The notes beneath the pieces were generated by a model. It made no database searches, was not told where the DNA came from, and was given only the letters and a program-made list of their open reading frames with translations. A DNA stretch of 64,000 nucleotides from Camelus dromedarius (Eukaryota): NCBI RefSeq assembly GCF_036321535.1, contig NC_087437.1, forward strand, positions 58,902,001-58,966,000. The letters run 5' to 3'. Made by a program: the position numbers and the translations under genes. Of this stretch, positions 36,124 through 50,719 are shown one piece after another. Each line of letters opens with the position of its first letter. The stretch's first letter is position 1.

Positions 36124-36787
36124 TCCTCCTTAGCAAAATATCCTTTCTCATGAGGTCCTCCCTTTGATATAACACTGAAGGGCAGGAACTACAAACCAGT
36201 ATACTAATGGATTAGGAGGAAAGCCTCTTTTTCTGCCCAGTCCCTAGGGCGGGGCCTCGGTTATGTTTAAAGAGGGGAGATGCCAGCTCACAAAGCCCAA
36301 CCCGTCTATTTCCTCTCCGAGGAAGACACCAGCAGTGAGAGAAGTTGAATCCTTGATTATGGGCTCTGCAGAAACTGATGCTCAAAATAAATAGCTCCTG
36401 GAATCAAAGCTCAGGGGATGGTCCATAGCATTTTAGAGTCTTGAGGATGGAGAGAGATCACATAGTCCAACGTCTTCAGACAGTTTTTAGAGGTTTAAGA
36501 GGTTAAAGAATTTTTGCATATTTATTTTTGGTTTTATGCAGGACCCTGAGGCCCAGAGTGGGGTACCATCTGCTCACAATCACAGAAAGGCACTTCTGGG
36601 TCCACAAAACTCTGGCTGTCCAGCCTCTGTGATATTACCCACCTTCCACCCCAGGAACAAGCAGCTCACTATCTCACTGGTCTAGCTGGCTTAAGTCTTT
36701 CATAAGCCCTCAATTCTCCTAGTTTGGGGTTCCCACCTCATATCACTTTAAACATCTTAAAATACATATACATCCCACATCAAAGAA

Positions 36788-36872
36788 ATTTTTCTAGTGG
36801 AGATACTGGGGATTGAACACAAGACCTCATGCATGCTAAGCATGTACTCTACCAGTGAGCTATACCCACCCA
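36788..36872 (-). mobile_element. Vic-1-type SINE
   Basis: gtggagatactggggattgaacacaagacctcatgcatgctaagcatgtactctaccagtgagctataccc. Confidence 0.88.
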
Positions 36873-37389
36873 CTCAAATATCATTTTTATTTAAAATTTT
36901 TTTCATGGCTCTTTTATAATTTTTGCTTTTGAAAGTAATTGGCTAAAAGTAACTTGTTTGATTTTTCTACAATGTTCTCGGAAAATCCTCATACAGACCC
37001 AGGAAAATCTAACTAGATTGTTTTCAAATGCAATGAAATTTTTATGAGTACTAAATTTCATGATTAATAAGATCAATATTAGGCTTCCTTTTATACAGAT
37101 TTAATTCAGCTCACATAGATATTACACATAATATAGGTATTGATTACCCCCATTTACAGCCTTCAAGCAGAAGAGCCACTCTCCCAAGGATACCCAGCTA
37201 GGAATGAAAGAAGCCAAGGAGACTGCGGCTCAGGTCTTCAGACTCTAAGAACAGTCCCCTTTCTGTCGAGCTCAGCAGAGCTACCATTCACAAGACTCAC
37301 GGCCTTCCCAAGGAAGATGAGGATATATGAAAAAAAGACACAGAAGTCAGCTGGGAAGCCCTCCTGCGGGTCAAATCTGGAACAATCTA

Positions 37390-38120
37390 TTTAACAAAAT
37401 AAATAGTGACAGTAATATATTGCAATCATTAAGACAGAAATCTGTAAGTCCCTGCTCAAAGAAAAAGAGGCAAGGAAGCTTTTTCTTACAGTAACATGCC
37501 AATCAATAAATGAAGAAATGATGGAATTTGAAAAATTACCATTTAACAACCATCGTAGTAATAAGTCAATCATCTGAGAAACTTCAGTAGATGTTAAAAC
37601 TAGTAGGTGAAAGTTTAAGAAATGGGAAATTTGCAGAGTTTCAGAGTACTTCCACACAAAACTCTTACTAATTACAAAGAGAAAAAGTAATTTTACAATG
37701 ACAAATCAGGAGGAAATATCAGACAAATGCCAGCTGAGGGACACTCTACAAAGTAATCAGAAGGCGGTATTCAACAGTATCAAAGCCATGCAAGTCAGGT
37801 AAAGATGAAGGCACCATTCTGAAGGAAGGGACTTAAGAAACATGACAGCTACGTGCAACAGGTAAGCCTGAATGGGGTCCTTTTGTTATAACAAACATTA
37901 TTTGATTGTCAAAACTTGAGTGGCATCTGAGGATTAGATGGTAGCAATGTATCAATGTTAGTTTCCTTGTTTTGATGGTTGCATTATATTATGTAAGGGA
38001 ATTTCCTTGTTTGTAGAAATTACACACTAAAGTATTCAGACTCCAGAAAAAAGGTGGGGTTTTTTTTTTTGCAACTTTTGTGTAAGTACGGAATCATTGC
38101 AAAATTAAAAAATTTAATGA
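37390..38120 (+). mobile_element. L1MC-type 3' end
   Basis: ctttttcttacagtaacatgccaatcaataaatg...tgagggacactctacaa...aatgtatcaatgttagtttcct. Confidence 0.7.
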
Positions 38121-40899
38121 AGAAATTCAGATACAAACAAGTCAAAGTAGTGAATACTAAGCATTTTTTGATCACTTCTTCCAGGAAATAGGCTCCTTCC
38201 CTCAAGGGAGGTATCACAGGGCAGGGCAGTAACCTGCCTGCTGAGGTGGCCTTTCTGCAGGGCTGGAAAGACTTGCATGCAATATCTATAAACTGGTCCT
38301 GTTATCCTAGTTTAAATTGATAATTGGTAGTTGTTTACAGTTGGCAATGGCTCTTTCATTTTACCTTTAAGTTTGACCCATCCAACAACAACAAAAAAAC
38401 AGTTCTGAAAAACAAAACACTGAAGGGTATTAAGATGGTTCCCATCTAAAAGAACACTTTAAGGTTTGTGGTTTTTTTTATTTAATTTTGTAATATGAAT
38501 GCTGGTTTTCTTCAAAAGGGGGATCATCAGAAATGAATGTGTTCTCATCAGATGGATAAAGATGAATAAAAGCAGCACCAGCTCGCCACCACACAAAACA
38601 ATGCCTTCCTGTGTTGGATTCTCCCCTGGTCTCTACTGCCTTCCACTAAATGATGAATTTCCAATGAATTACCATGCAGGGTATGTCTCTTCTTGTCTAC
38701 CAATGACTGGTTTGCCCTCCCTTCCTTCTTCCTTCCCTTCCTTCCTCCCTCGTGGTCTTAATGCACTCATCATTGTCTGGGTCGATCAGTAAGTCTATTT
38801 TTCTTGCAGACTTTAGGAAACCTACAACACCTAGTGAACATATAATTTAGCTTAGTATAACCCAGAGAAGGCAGAAGAGAAAGCAAAGGAAGGCTGTGAA
38901 TAAGGGGAGACATGCAGTCAGCACAAACCCATTTCCTTTGTGAAGAGTAAATGAAGTCTGCAGACAACCAGCGTTCCCTACATGTGTCCATCTTAGCTGT
39001 TTCAATTCTTCTTTTCAAAGAAATGGCGTGTCTGGGGAATGTGTGGAAGGTTTCCACAGCATTCCACAGGAAGCTGCACTGACCCTCCATTCTCTCCAAG
39101 CGGAACAGGATGTCCCCAACTCACTATCCTGCTCTGTTCCAAAAGTTCTTATATAAATTATTATTTAGAATGTGGAAATCATGTTACAAATTATGGTTTG
39201 ATTTCCAGATTAGCCACAAAAACTCCCCATAATTAGTGTGTAAAGTAACCAACACACACACATACACACCCCCAAACTTCATCATTAGAACTGCTCAGGT
39301 GGCATCTGCAGGTAATGGCTGTGAGTCGCGTGTTTACAAGTCAAGAGTTCAGACACTCCATTGATGTAAATGATACACATCGACAAATGGCTCCTTCACC
39401 TGGAATTCTGATGTGAGCAAGAACATGGTGAGGGGTTCATGCTAGACCAGCTTCTCACTCACCCCCCAAAAGTATACACCCCAGGAGCTACACTGAGTTT
39501 TGTTATACTCTGATCACCATCTTGCTGTAATTCTTATTCCACCCCTCACGGTACCATTTCTTTCTTTTCTTTCTCTCTAGCATAGTCTGTTTCACTAAGT
39601 CCTGAAAATACGACATTTGGGCAGAAAATGAGGCCTGAAAAGAAATTTAGGAAAGCAGATATCATTTATCATTTTACCACTGAATAGGTATTTCATTTAG
39701 AATGGGTAAGGATACTTGGCAAAATTCTCGGGTTTTATACATCTTTTGAAGATTCTATTTGCCATGATAATGAGGCAAAGGAACAGGAAGACGAGGAGGA
39801 AGACCTCAGCAGCCCTTGGTATCAACTCATTGCCGTAACCACACCTGGCTGTAAATTTATTAGATGTGACATGATTTAAGTTTCAAAAAATCACAAGACC
39901 ATCGCTGGGATGATCTCACTAAAAGTACAGACATCCTTCCAATTCTTATTCTGTGACAAAAAAAAAAAATGAAAGCAGATCTGTCTGGTGTTCTTTCTAC
40001 GTGTGCTTCTTCAAGACAAAGTTTCTAAAATAATCTCAGACGCAGTGTAACACTTGCCAGACAGCTGTTGTAGGGAGAGCCAATAACGTAATCCTCAGGT
40101 CTATCATAGTCTTTCGTGTTTCTCCTCCCTTCAGTGAATTCTGGGTCCAGGCCAGTTTATCGACGCATGTTCCGAAAGTTCAGAAAGTCTCTCCGAGGAG
40201 ACTTGATGTCACTTGAGGCCTTTAACTCCTATTCTACTGACCCAGTTGAGAAGGCAGTTTGTTGCTTCTTGGCAAAGGAATTGACCTTAACTCTGTTTCT
40301 AGAGGACAAATGTCTGTGCAGATGAGGCTTCCTCCCCGAGCTCTAACTGATGCATGTGCTCTCTCCAGCCCTGAGATAGCTCCCACCCAGAGTGGATAAA
40401 ACCCTGGGACAGGGATTTACAGACTTGCTCTTAGAGCTGGAAGGACATTCTCAAGGTCATCTGGCCCAGCGTTCTCCTTTCTGATCTGTGGGTTACCCTT
40501 ACCCCCACTGGCTAACAGAAATCAATTTTCTAGGAAATGAAATGCTTTTTACCAATAAACATGTTCAGAATCTCATATTCATGACTTTATCTTTCATTCA
40601 AATGAGTTTATTGAAAGAATTTTAGACAGAGAAAAAAGGATGTGGTGTGCTTTTACATGGACGAAGGGATGAAACCTTGGGGTCAGCCCTTCTCTCAGAC
40701 TTCCACAACACCGGTTCTCTGAAGCTACTGCTTCTTAAATCATCATCATCTGTCAGACAACAAAGAGGACTGTCACTAGAAGAGGAAACAGGAGTGTACA
40801 CTATGGACAAGGGACTGGAAAACACGCTGATGTCAGACAGAGGCAACATGAGGGAGGAACGTTCACGGCTCTCTTTGAGGTCTAGCTAGATGGTCGCAG

Positions 40900-41345
40900 G
40901 AAGCCATTAAACAAATGAAATCTTGCCATTTGTGACAACATGGATGGATCTAGAGGGTATTATGCTCAGTGAATTAAGTCAGAGAAAGACAAAGACTGCA
41001 TGATCTCATTTACGTGTGGAATCTAAAAAACAAAACAAACAAAACAAAATGAAAACAGGCTCATAGATACAGAGGACAAATGAGTGGTTGCCAGAGGGCA
41101 GAGGAGCGGGGCTTTGGATGAAATAGGGGAAGGGGGTAAAGAGGTCCAAATCTCCAGTTAGAAAATAAATAAGCCAAGGGGATGTAATGTACAGCATGAA
41201 GAATTTGGGCAATAATATTACAATAACCATGCATGGGGACAGACAGTTACTAGACTTATGGTGGTGATCATTTCATAATGGGTGCAAATGTCAAATCACT
41301 ATGTGGTACACCTGAAACTAACATAATGTCAACTATATTTTTAAA
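40900..41345 (+). mobile_element. L1 3' end (L1MA-type)
   Basis: aaatgaaatcttgccatttgtgacaacatggatggatctagagggtattatgct...gtacacctgaaactaacataatgtcaactata. Confidence 0.88.
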
Positions 41346-41349
41346 ACAA

Positions 41350-41535
41350 GAATTAATTTTAAAATGTACTTTATCTATTTATCAATATATTCAAATTATC
41401 ATGTTAATATGTCATCAATATTTAGAAATTATTAATGAGATATTTTACACTCCTATTTTTGCATTAAGTTTTCAGGCCATGTCTGGTGCTCAGTATCCAC
41501 ATGTGGCTAGTGGCTGCCGTCCTAGGCAGTACAGA
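41350..41535. mobile_element. MER3/MER33-like hAT-Charlie fragment
   Basis: aattaattttaa...attattaatgagatattttac...gtgctcagtatccacatgtggctagtggct. Confidence 0.7.
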
Positions 41536-43724
41536 TGTAAACAGTGGTTGGGTCCATAGTGGTCCAGAAAATTGACCTGTGTTATGCTCCAAACAGAAGT
41601 CTGAGGGTTTCACGAATGAGCAGAATGGGTGTGAAATTGAGATTTTCACAAGGTCCTCAAGAGTGGCCAGTGCCTTCTGACCACTTCCGAGAGCTGCCTT
41701 AGGGACTTGTGAATGGGGTGGTCAGATGTCACTTTTTCAAACTCAATACTTTATGGACTAACCAAGGGCATGACTGAGAAGCAGAATAGCCCAAGAGGGA
41801 CACTGACCTTCCTCCTATTCTGCCACTGATGAGCTAGAATTTTGGCCAAATCATCAAAGCCCATGCCCAAATAGACCTGAAATGTTCTGTTACCCACCCT
41901 TGTCTCTTTCCTTTCACGCTGGCTTTTCGAGGAGGTGAGAAGGAAGATTTTTTCCTGCAGACTAGCAGGTGTATTATGATGATGTGATATAAGGAAATAT
42001 TCATTGAGGTATAAAAATTGGGAGGTGATGACCGGTTGGTGAAAAATATTGGAAGTCACATGGCCTTAGAGGATTACTGACTTGGCAAATTGTATAGGAA
42101 GTGAAGCATCGCAGCTCTCCCAAAGGGTTTTAAAGGTTTAATTCATGCCCAGAGATAAAGCAAGTGGCCTAAAGGCTGCTTTCCCACTACAATAACACAG
42201 GCTCTCTCCTGTGAGAGAAGTCATTTAAGTGTGGTGTTAGTCAGCAAGAATTCCATGGTTATCCACAAAGTTAAGGTTTGTCCCACCAGCACATTCCTTG
42301 TGTCCTGATATTGACATCTGTTTACATATGACATCCATAATGTATACAAAGTCAGTGGACCATAACCACGTCCCTGTGAGGCAGGACAGAACCCTGAGGA
42401 GCTGGCAAAGTTAGTGGGTTGTAGAGGATTTTAAAACCAGTCTTCTGACTCCAAATCTACATAAATAGTGCACAGGGTCATTGACATGTAATGTATGCTT
42501 GGCATGTAGTCAATAAACAATAAAAGTTGGTTGATGGAATGAATGAATGAATGAATGAAAAATAAGAAACTGAATTTCTTGAAATTCCTCAGAAGACACC
42601 ATTTCCAAACTGATATATGAGCTCATCCTCAGGAAAGGGTTTTGCTTGATTAACGTTTAGGAAGAGCAGAAAATATTTCCTTTCATCTAGATTTCCTTAT
42701 CGAATCATTATGCAGAAGTAGTTTGAGAACACCACACTACTGCTCCACACTTCGTGCAACTATGTTCAGACATCTCAGCAGTGAGTCCTGAACATTAGGC
42801 AAAGCAGCCTTCACCAGGGAATGTGTTGTCCACAGATGACTTGGATCCTCTATAGAGACAGAGACAGACAGAGAAGGTGCTGGTCAAGTCAGCCTCTGCC
42901 AACACCTGGGCTTTCCTCACTCACCTGGACGTGGGAGTTTCCAGGGAAGAAGATGCTAGAGAGGGGGCCAAAGGAATTCAGTAGACATAACCGAGTAGAA
43001 GGAACAAACCACTTAAGAGAGAAAATAGTCTGCCTATAGACTGTCTTGTCCTTCAAGTTCAAATTCACTTTCTCTATTTCTGGTGGCGGTGGGGTATTTT
43101 TCTCTATTTCAAAGGATCTCAGGCACTAGATATTCCAGCTGGAAGAAATTTAGAGATAATAATAACAATAAGAACCAACACTTGCATATCCCAGGTGTGA
43201 CCCAAACGCTTTACCAATATTATTAACTCATTGAATTCCCCAGCAGGTACGGTCATCCCCCTCTTTAATAATCCCATCCTGTACAATCCCAGGCACCAGT
43301 GTTCACATTATCTTTGAGAAATTCAAGTGGACGGCGCCCACTGGAGTTTCGAAACCCTGCAGACTTGCCCGTGTTACAGAGGAAGAAACATCACCTGTCC
43401 AGCACTTGCATTTTACTGATGGAGAAACTCACCACACAGCAGCTTATTGACAGAGCTGATTCCAGAATCTTGACCCCCTAGTTTTGAGGCTCATGCCCGT
43501 GCAGTCTGACAAGTGCTCCGTTTTGGAAGCTGTGAGTGACTTCAGTATCCTGTCTTTCAAAGAGCTCACCAGTAACAGGGGAGGTACTGGCCACAGAAGT
43601 ACCTAAAACTCAGCACATCTTCACATTCGGTTCTGGTTAATGGTTCCATCATCCTCTGGGTTGTACATGATTCTCCTTCCTTGAGTTCCCCGCCGGTAAG
43701 TGACCGCATCCTTACATCTCAGCA

Positions 43725-43905
43725 GAGCATAGTAGTTGTAGACCTGTGCCCTGAAGTCACGCCGCTATATGACCTTGGGCGAGTTTCTCTGCCTCAGTTT
43801 CCCCCTCCAGAATGTGGAGGTAATAACAGAACTTATTCCTAGGGTTGTTATGTTTCTAGAGCAACTAAAATAGTGCACAGCATGTAGTAAGCATAAGTAT
43901 GTGTT
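43725..43905 (+). mobile_element. MIR SINE
   Basis: tgaccttgggcgagtttctctgcctcagtttcccc...taataacagaac...agggttgtt. Confidence 0.75.
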
Positions 43906-44015
43906 TCCTAAAATGCTGGATTCTGAAACAGCCTTCTAGCTTCATTCCCTTCCTACAATATCAAAATACTCTTGCTAAAACCCAAGTCTGCTTCCAGGCT
44001 CCACATAATCTACAG

Positions 44016-44196
44016 CAGTAGCTCTCAAATTTTAGTTTGCCTAAGAATCCCCCAGGGTGCTGACAAAAAAAGGGCAAACTTCTGAGCCATTCCCGGAATT
44101 TTGGTTTGGAAGGTGTGGGTGGAGCTCAGGAATTCCATTTTTACCACGCACCCACAAGGGATTCTGATGTAGGTGGTCTGAGAGCCCAGTTTGAGA
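44016..44196. mobile_element. MER5B-like MITE
   Basis: cagtagctctcaaa...agaatcccccaggg...gattctgatgtaggtggtc...agtttgaga. Confidence 0.7.
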
Positions 44197-45014
44197 GGGA
44201 GCAGCCTCCTGAATAAAGTCCACTTTTAGCATGGCTTTCAGTGACCCTGGTCCACTGGCCCTTGTCCACATGGCTCGGAACACCACCCCTAGCCCTGCCA
44301 GCCAGACCTGCATCAGGAAAAATTAAAAGTCATGTTAAAGTCAAGCCCAACTGCATTTCTCCCTATGACTGCTGTGTGACATGAAATGAGGAAAAGATAC
44401 CTGAGTTGACACCCAGCAAATTCTCTGCGGGCCCTGCCGGTGGGTCAGCCTGGGAACCACGTCTCCATGACTTAGTCCCGAGGGAGCATAAAAGCCCGAG
44501 AGAGACAAACACATCATGTTTCCGAGTTCCTGTTCTCCTTCTCAACCTCCCTTAGAGACCACGCCCCTTGTTTTCTTCTCTTAAAGTAACTCAAGGGATT
44601 GTCAGTTCTAGATTTGGGAAAAGGAAGGTGAGAAGGGGCTGAATGGAGACAAACATAGGCCTGAAGCCAGGGGACAACACGCTGAGACAAATGGCATACT
44701 GAGGTCCAGGAATGCCCTGCAGAACTCACCAAAGAAAAATCTATTTTTTTTCCTTCGTGGCAAAGCTACTTCAACTGACTCGGTATTAGACTCCCTAAAA
44801 GCTAAGTCTTGACTTACTAGTCCAAGAACTTGATGGCACCTGTTTTGCCCAGTTATACAATCCGAGCACTTTTCAAAGGCATTTAGTCAGAAAACAAAAG
44901 TCCCGGAGCTTCCTTCACAATGAATTCCAGGTTTTTTGGTTTTTTTTTTTTTTTTTTTTGTATTTAAAGTTGACTTCATCACCCACCCGAGGAGCCAGCG
45001 CCATTCTCTGCCTG

Positions 45015-45395
45015 GCCTGGGTTGAATAGTGTCCCCTCAAACGCATGTCTATCCGAAATCTGGGAAAGTGACCTTGTTTGGAAATAGGGTCTTTGCAGAT
45101 GTAATTAAAATGTATAAGGGAAGATGAGATCGTACAGATTTTCTGTCTCACTCCGCATGGGCTGCTACAACAGAAGTACCACAGATGGGTGGCTTAGAAA
45201 CAATAGAAACTGATTCTTCACAGTTCTGGAGAGAAGCCGGAAGAGGCAAGGAGGGGCTCTCCCCTGAAGCCTTCGGAGGAGCACAGCCCTGCCGACACCT
45301 TGATGCCAGACTTCTGGCCTCCACAACTGAGAGAATAAATTTCTGCTGTGTGGAGCCACCCAGTTTGCAGCACTGAGCTATGGCAGCCCCAGGAC
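45015..45395 (+). mobile_element. MLT1B/C-type LTR containing a reverse MLT1A-type 3' fragment (45144-45230)
   Basis: Plus 5' part gggttgaatagtgtccc...gggtctttgcagatgtaatta; minus piece gggctgctacaac...gggtggctta...cacagttctggag; plus 3' part gccctgccgacaccttgat...ggcagcccc. Confidence 0.85.
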
Positions 45396-48300
45396 CCTGC
45401 CCAACTGGCCCTTTACTTGATGATAGAAAATCCATACTCTGCTGGCTTTCAAACTGATCATTGGACAATCATCAGGTCAGCTGAGCATGAAAACATCACT
45501 CGGCTAAGCTCAGATCATGGAAAACAGTAAAAAAAAAAAAAAAAGCAGCTTTATTTTTGAATTAGGAAATTTCCTTGAGCCAAGCCAATGTGGGGTGGAG
45601 TTAGAGCTCCCTGCTGGAAGCAAGTCCTTTGATAACAGCATTCCAGTCTCCGTTAGGGCTCTGTCCTCTGCCCTCCTTGTATGCAGTTTTGGTGAGGCTG
45701 TCAAAATTCCTTGACATCCCCCAATAAGGAGTTATCACATGACCCATGCTTTGCCACTTGGACTCAATCCTGGGATTTTTGTCCCAAGCACAGTGATGCT
45801 GGAAAGAAGAGCCAGAGGTTGTCCATCCAGCAGCTGAGCCCCAAAGGGACTGCCCACCAGCACCTGCTGCCTGGACACCGGGAGGTAATCAAGACTGGTT
45901 CTGCTCCTCTGTCTTCTGAAGCCATTTTTATTGCCTGCAACCCACAACTGTATGGAGACACCTGCCTGCATCCAACCACCCTAACCACCCCGTCCTCACA
46001 GAGAGACGGAGGACAGAAGGGATTCCTGGGAGGGTCTGCCGAGATGTCCCAGTCCCCCTACACACACCCCGCCGATACACAGACACAGCTGCACCTGTTG
46101 CAAAAGTGCAGCTAAAAATATAGTCATTACAGTTTTCAAAGTACCTTGTATACAGATCTTTGACATAAATTTATTTCAGAAATCAATACAGTTGCTTTCT
46201 AGCTAACACAGTTAAAGCTACTGCCAATCCTAACGACTGTATCATTTGCAACTTGAAGTACATTCTTCCTTCTCCTTTTCTGTTGTTTTTGATCTTTGAT
46301 TTTCATTTCAAATATGTATTATAGGAATCCTAAAATCGCAAGTGGAAATAAGTGAGATATAAATTATAAACACATAAACAGACACATAGGGAGATCAAAA
46401 TCTCCATAAATGTTGTCAAGCGAGATTCATAACTGATCTAAGTTTAGCTTCCAGAAGCGTGTCATTTATTCCCCAGACACAGTTTAATTGGGAAGAAGAC
46501 AGATTGGATCACAAAATACAACACGCCCCACCCGATCTTCATAGACGTTGCTCATGCACTTACGTTACCCCCAGGCTCGGACACCATCACCTTCAAAGAC
46601 CTCCCTCAAACCCTGAAATATATTCTTCCAAGTGCTGGGCAGTATTCACAAAATAAAGCAGACCAATTCCTAAACCACCAGTCAGAGGTCCCGGATGCCA
46701 AAGGCCAAGCCACACCCTCGCCTCGCACCAGGCACTTTGTGAGAAAGACAGGTCACACTGGGCTTCTTTTGTTTTCATATTTTTTTTTTTTAAACTAAAT
46801 CAGTGTGCTCACCTGATCGGGCTGGCCCATCAGGAAGGGATTTCATTGGATGACCATTCGGCCAGAGAAAAGCCATCTTTGTTTTCCAACCCCGTCTCCT
46901 GTCCCCAGGGCCTGAAAATAACACCAACACCAACTTCTCTCAAATCTGAGGAGCTATTGTGCAAACTTGAGTAAGTCAGTTACTCTTTCTTGGCGTTGGG
47001 GAGGAGGAAAAAACAAAACAAAACACAGACGGGACTCTTCCCAAAAACCAGACCAGAGGACTGAAAAGCTTAATATTTTCCGCAGTCGGATGAAAGATGG
47101 GATATAAATGCAAAACGGGTTGCTGTACATTATTAAATTTCAATTACACTTGAATTAGTTATAGAGTGACATTTTGACTGTTTCCTCCTTATAATTCTCA
47201 TAACTCCACCTGCCTGACATTTCCTTCCTCTCAGGGGCCCATGTAGAACAGGTCTCACTTTGTGGGAGGGAGGCCACCCTGAAGAACTTCAAGAACACGT
47301 TCCCGGGAAGGCCATTCCTCAGGCACACACAGGAAATTTCAAATACTCAAAGATATCAAGAGATTTGTCACCTGCAGGACTTGATCATTTGAGAAATACC
47401 CATGGAAGAACGGAGAAAGTTCTTCATAAAAAAAAAAAAAAGAGAGACAAAGAATTCGAAATCCTTTCACCTCCTTAGAGCCCTCGAGGACCAAAACTCA
47501 CAAACAGACACTTCCCTCCTGATCTGACTGGACAGTCAGAGAAAAACCACAAAGACGAAAAGCTTAGCAACTACAGTCCAACAGAAATGCAGATGGCAGC
47601 GAGGGGTCTGGGAGAGGGGAACCAGGCTGCCAAGAACTGAGATTCTTGGAAAAGAAGAGAGAGAGAAAGAAAAGACCAAAGGCAATGACTTCAAGCAAAT
47701 ATAACCTTTACCGCATGGAGGCGGATGACAGGCAGAGTGTTTATGACTTGCCCGCGCCCCATCCCCACCCCTGCTTTGTCCTTGGGTCACAGCCAAGAGT
47801 TCAGGTGGCATCACAGATGTGATTCCGCAGACTTGGGCACCTTCCTCACTTCAAGGTAACTCGTTCAAGCAGAGTTCACTCTAACGCATATTCTTCTGTC
47901 TTGGATAAATCCAAGGCGCCTTCCTTGCCAAGTCCCTGAAGGCTCTTGTTATATGTGGTGGGGGGAGGACTTGCCTTGTCCCCCCACCTGGCTCTGTGAT
48001 ATTAAGGGATCATAAAGGAGTGATGTTGGCACCCAGCCCTGAAGCACAGGCATTGGTGGCCCTGCCATTTGAAGCCAGTGTTTCTCATATCTCCCTCAAG
48101 TACCCCAAATCAGAAAAAAAAAAAAAATGAAATCATACCCCCAAAGGCTTGCCAGCAAGGGCCCAGGTTTATCTATACACTCACCTCCACCCTCCCTCCA
48201 CCTGCACTCAAGCCCAAACATTCCCTAAGGCCTGTGGTTAATCTTAGAAATGTATGCAGAATTTGGATCCCACTAGTCTATAATATGTTTTTGTTTTACT

Positions 48301-49019
48301 CTAAAAATATTTCAAATTACCACAAAGTGACCTTACACCCCATGAAGATATACCAAGTTTATCCTGTGAATTAATGTATTTTGCAGGGTCCCCGCCCCGA
48401 AAGGAGACCAAGAACCCCAGTTTGAGGAGCACAGTCTTAAACAATTGCTTTTCTTGGAAAAGCAAAGGCTTGGCCAATTATTCTGGAGACACATTTGGGC
48501 AGCCGCCCTATTTTATCTTCAGTTGTCACCAAGAAGGGCTTTTGATAGGTGAGCAACCATCTTATAACCAGACTGTTTTTAGTAAAGAAGGAAGCTTCAG
48601 CAGTGGTGATGCGCCTGCCTCCTTCCTCATAGCTCTCTCAAGGGAAGCAGCGGAAACAGGCTCTGCTTACTCACAATCTCTCAAATCTTAAAATGGTCTG
48701 CAAAGCTCTGCACGATCTGGCCCCTCCCTGAATCTCCAGCCTCATCCCACCATTCAGTCTTCCCCTTGATCACTGCACTCTAGCTTTGACCCTACTGGGT
48801 TTTCATTGTGAAAGTAACGCCTGCCTTGCTGCAAATTCCCCTAGTTCAGAAGAACGGAAATGGTTCCACTCTCGGTCCACGTGAGTCTGAGGCTCTTCTC
48901 TAACAGCTTGTCCAGGACCCAGCTCCTTTAGGACTTGCTCTCTCCAGGATCTTCCTGCCACCAGTCCTTTATCTCCTGGACACCCTTCCCCTACTTTATA
49001 ACCGTCAGTCTTGTACAAC

Positions 49020-49560
49020 TGGCCCCAACCTAGCTCCAGGATCAAAATCAGTCATTGTGATCCTCTTCCTCTCTCCACGGTTCAGGACTAGGCATGTGAC
49101 TTCAGATCACTCAATGACAAAAGCCCGGGACTTTTATTTGATGGTTCGGGAGGCAACATCTGTACTGTCCTTCTTTCTCTGCCCATGGAAAGAAAGCTCG
49201 TTTCCTGGGGGCTCTAACAGACACTGTGTAAGCAGCATAGAGGCTTGTCTTAGGACGGAGCTGATACGCAGAAGGCAGAGAAGACGGAGCAATAGAAACT
49301 AGATCCTCAGTTACATGCCCAAGTCACTGAATTAAAGCGATGTTGAGGCTACCCTCTAGAATGTTTTTCTTTTTTTTAATTTAGTAGCATTTTATTTTTG
49401 TATTGAAGTATAGTCGGTTTACAATGCTGTGTTAATTTCTGGTGTACAGCATAGTGATTCAGTTATATATGTATATATGGAGAGAGAATGTTTATTTTCA
49501 AGAGCTAATACACATATTCATTATTTAAGGCAGTTGGATTTGCGATTAAAACAGATTCAT
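49020..49560 (+). mobile_element. MLT1K-like old LTR interrupted by a short minus-strand L1 3' end (~49365-49480)
   Basis: ttcaggactaggcatgtgac...cccgggactttt. L1 piece tattgaagtatagt...ggtgtacagcatagtgattcagt flanked by agaatgttt repeats. Confidence 0.55.
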
Positions 49561-50039
49561 TTCCTGCCTTGGGAAAGTCTACAGCCCACTCAAGAAGACA
49601 GAAAATACGTAACATAGTGAATATTAATCCTGGAGGAAGTATAGGGTGCTGAGAAGCATAGACCTGGGCCATCTGGTCCAACTCTGGAGTCCAAACTTGG
49701 AAAAACTGACCAAGATGTGATGAGTGGATAAAATTAGACAGGCAAAGTGAGGGGAAGAAGCAAAAGAAGAGGGAGGGGATAGGGCTCCACACAGAGAGAA
49801 GCAAAGACTTAAAATGAGAAAGAACATAGTGCTTTCATGCAACCATAATGGTCCCATGATTTAGTCCTGTCTTAAAAAACAACCACTGAGAGCGTGGTTA
49901 CCATGGATCCCGCCACCCCCTTTAAATTAACTGTAGCCTGGTGACCAGACCCTGGTGCCATCTTCAGCCCGAAGGCATCCTCACAGGAGCAGTTCAAGTA
50001 GAGGCAGCAGGTCCTGACCCACCAGGTGTTTGGGAGCCA

Positions 50040-50106
50040 CACACACCATCTCTACGCACACCCCCACTACACACACACACACACACATGCACACACACAT
50101 ACACAC
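50040..50106. repeat. Compound CA-rich microsatellite
   Basis: Direct observation. Confidence 0.85.
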
Positions 50107-50719
50107 TCCTAGTACTAGCCCTGCACCTCCCTCAATCCTTCTGACCCCAATCCTCCTTACCAGCCAGGATGTGCACATCAAAACATCAGGCCAGAGGACC
50201 GTGGTGGTATCCAGCAATGGTCTATCCCCACGGAGGACACTGGCTCCGGGCAGGGATGCTGAGACCCTGGCAGCTCCCAGAGGCTAGTGGGAGGTCACAC
50301 GCAGCCAGGCGAAGCCTGAACCAGACCTGCCTTTAGCCGTCTGAGCCCCTTCCCACACTGTGAGGCCAGCTGGGAGGAGCCTGAAGGAATGTGACAGTGT
50401 GAGAGGGACTTGTGGATGAGACAGCAGAGAATGGAGGGACCTCATCTTTAGCCCACCTCCAAGGAGGAGGAGGGTCTCTTTGTGCTCTGGACTCATCTGT
50501 AAGAGATGAGGGGGCCGCAGCCCCTGTACTCCAGCTACAGTAAACAGCAGCACAGGCAGGCGGTGGCCCACAGAAAGGCCCTCCAGCCTCTGCCCTCCCT
50601 CTGTGCTCTCTCTCCTGGGTGCCACAAGAAAGACTCCCATTCTGTAAACCAGCAGCTTCAGGGGGTCTGGAAACAATCCCTGAAAGGAAAAATAATCACT
50701 GTATTTTGAGCGGCAGGCC

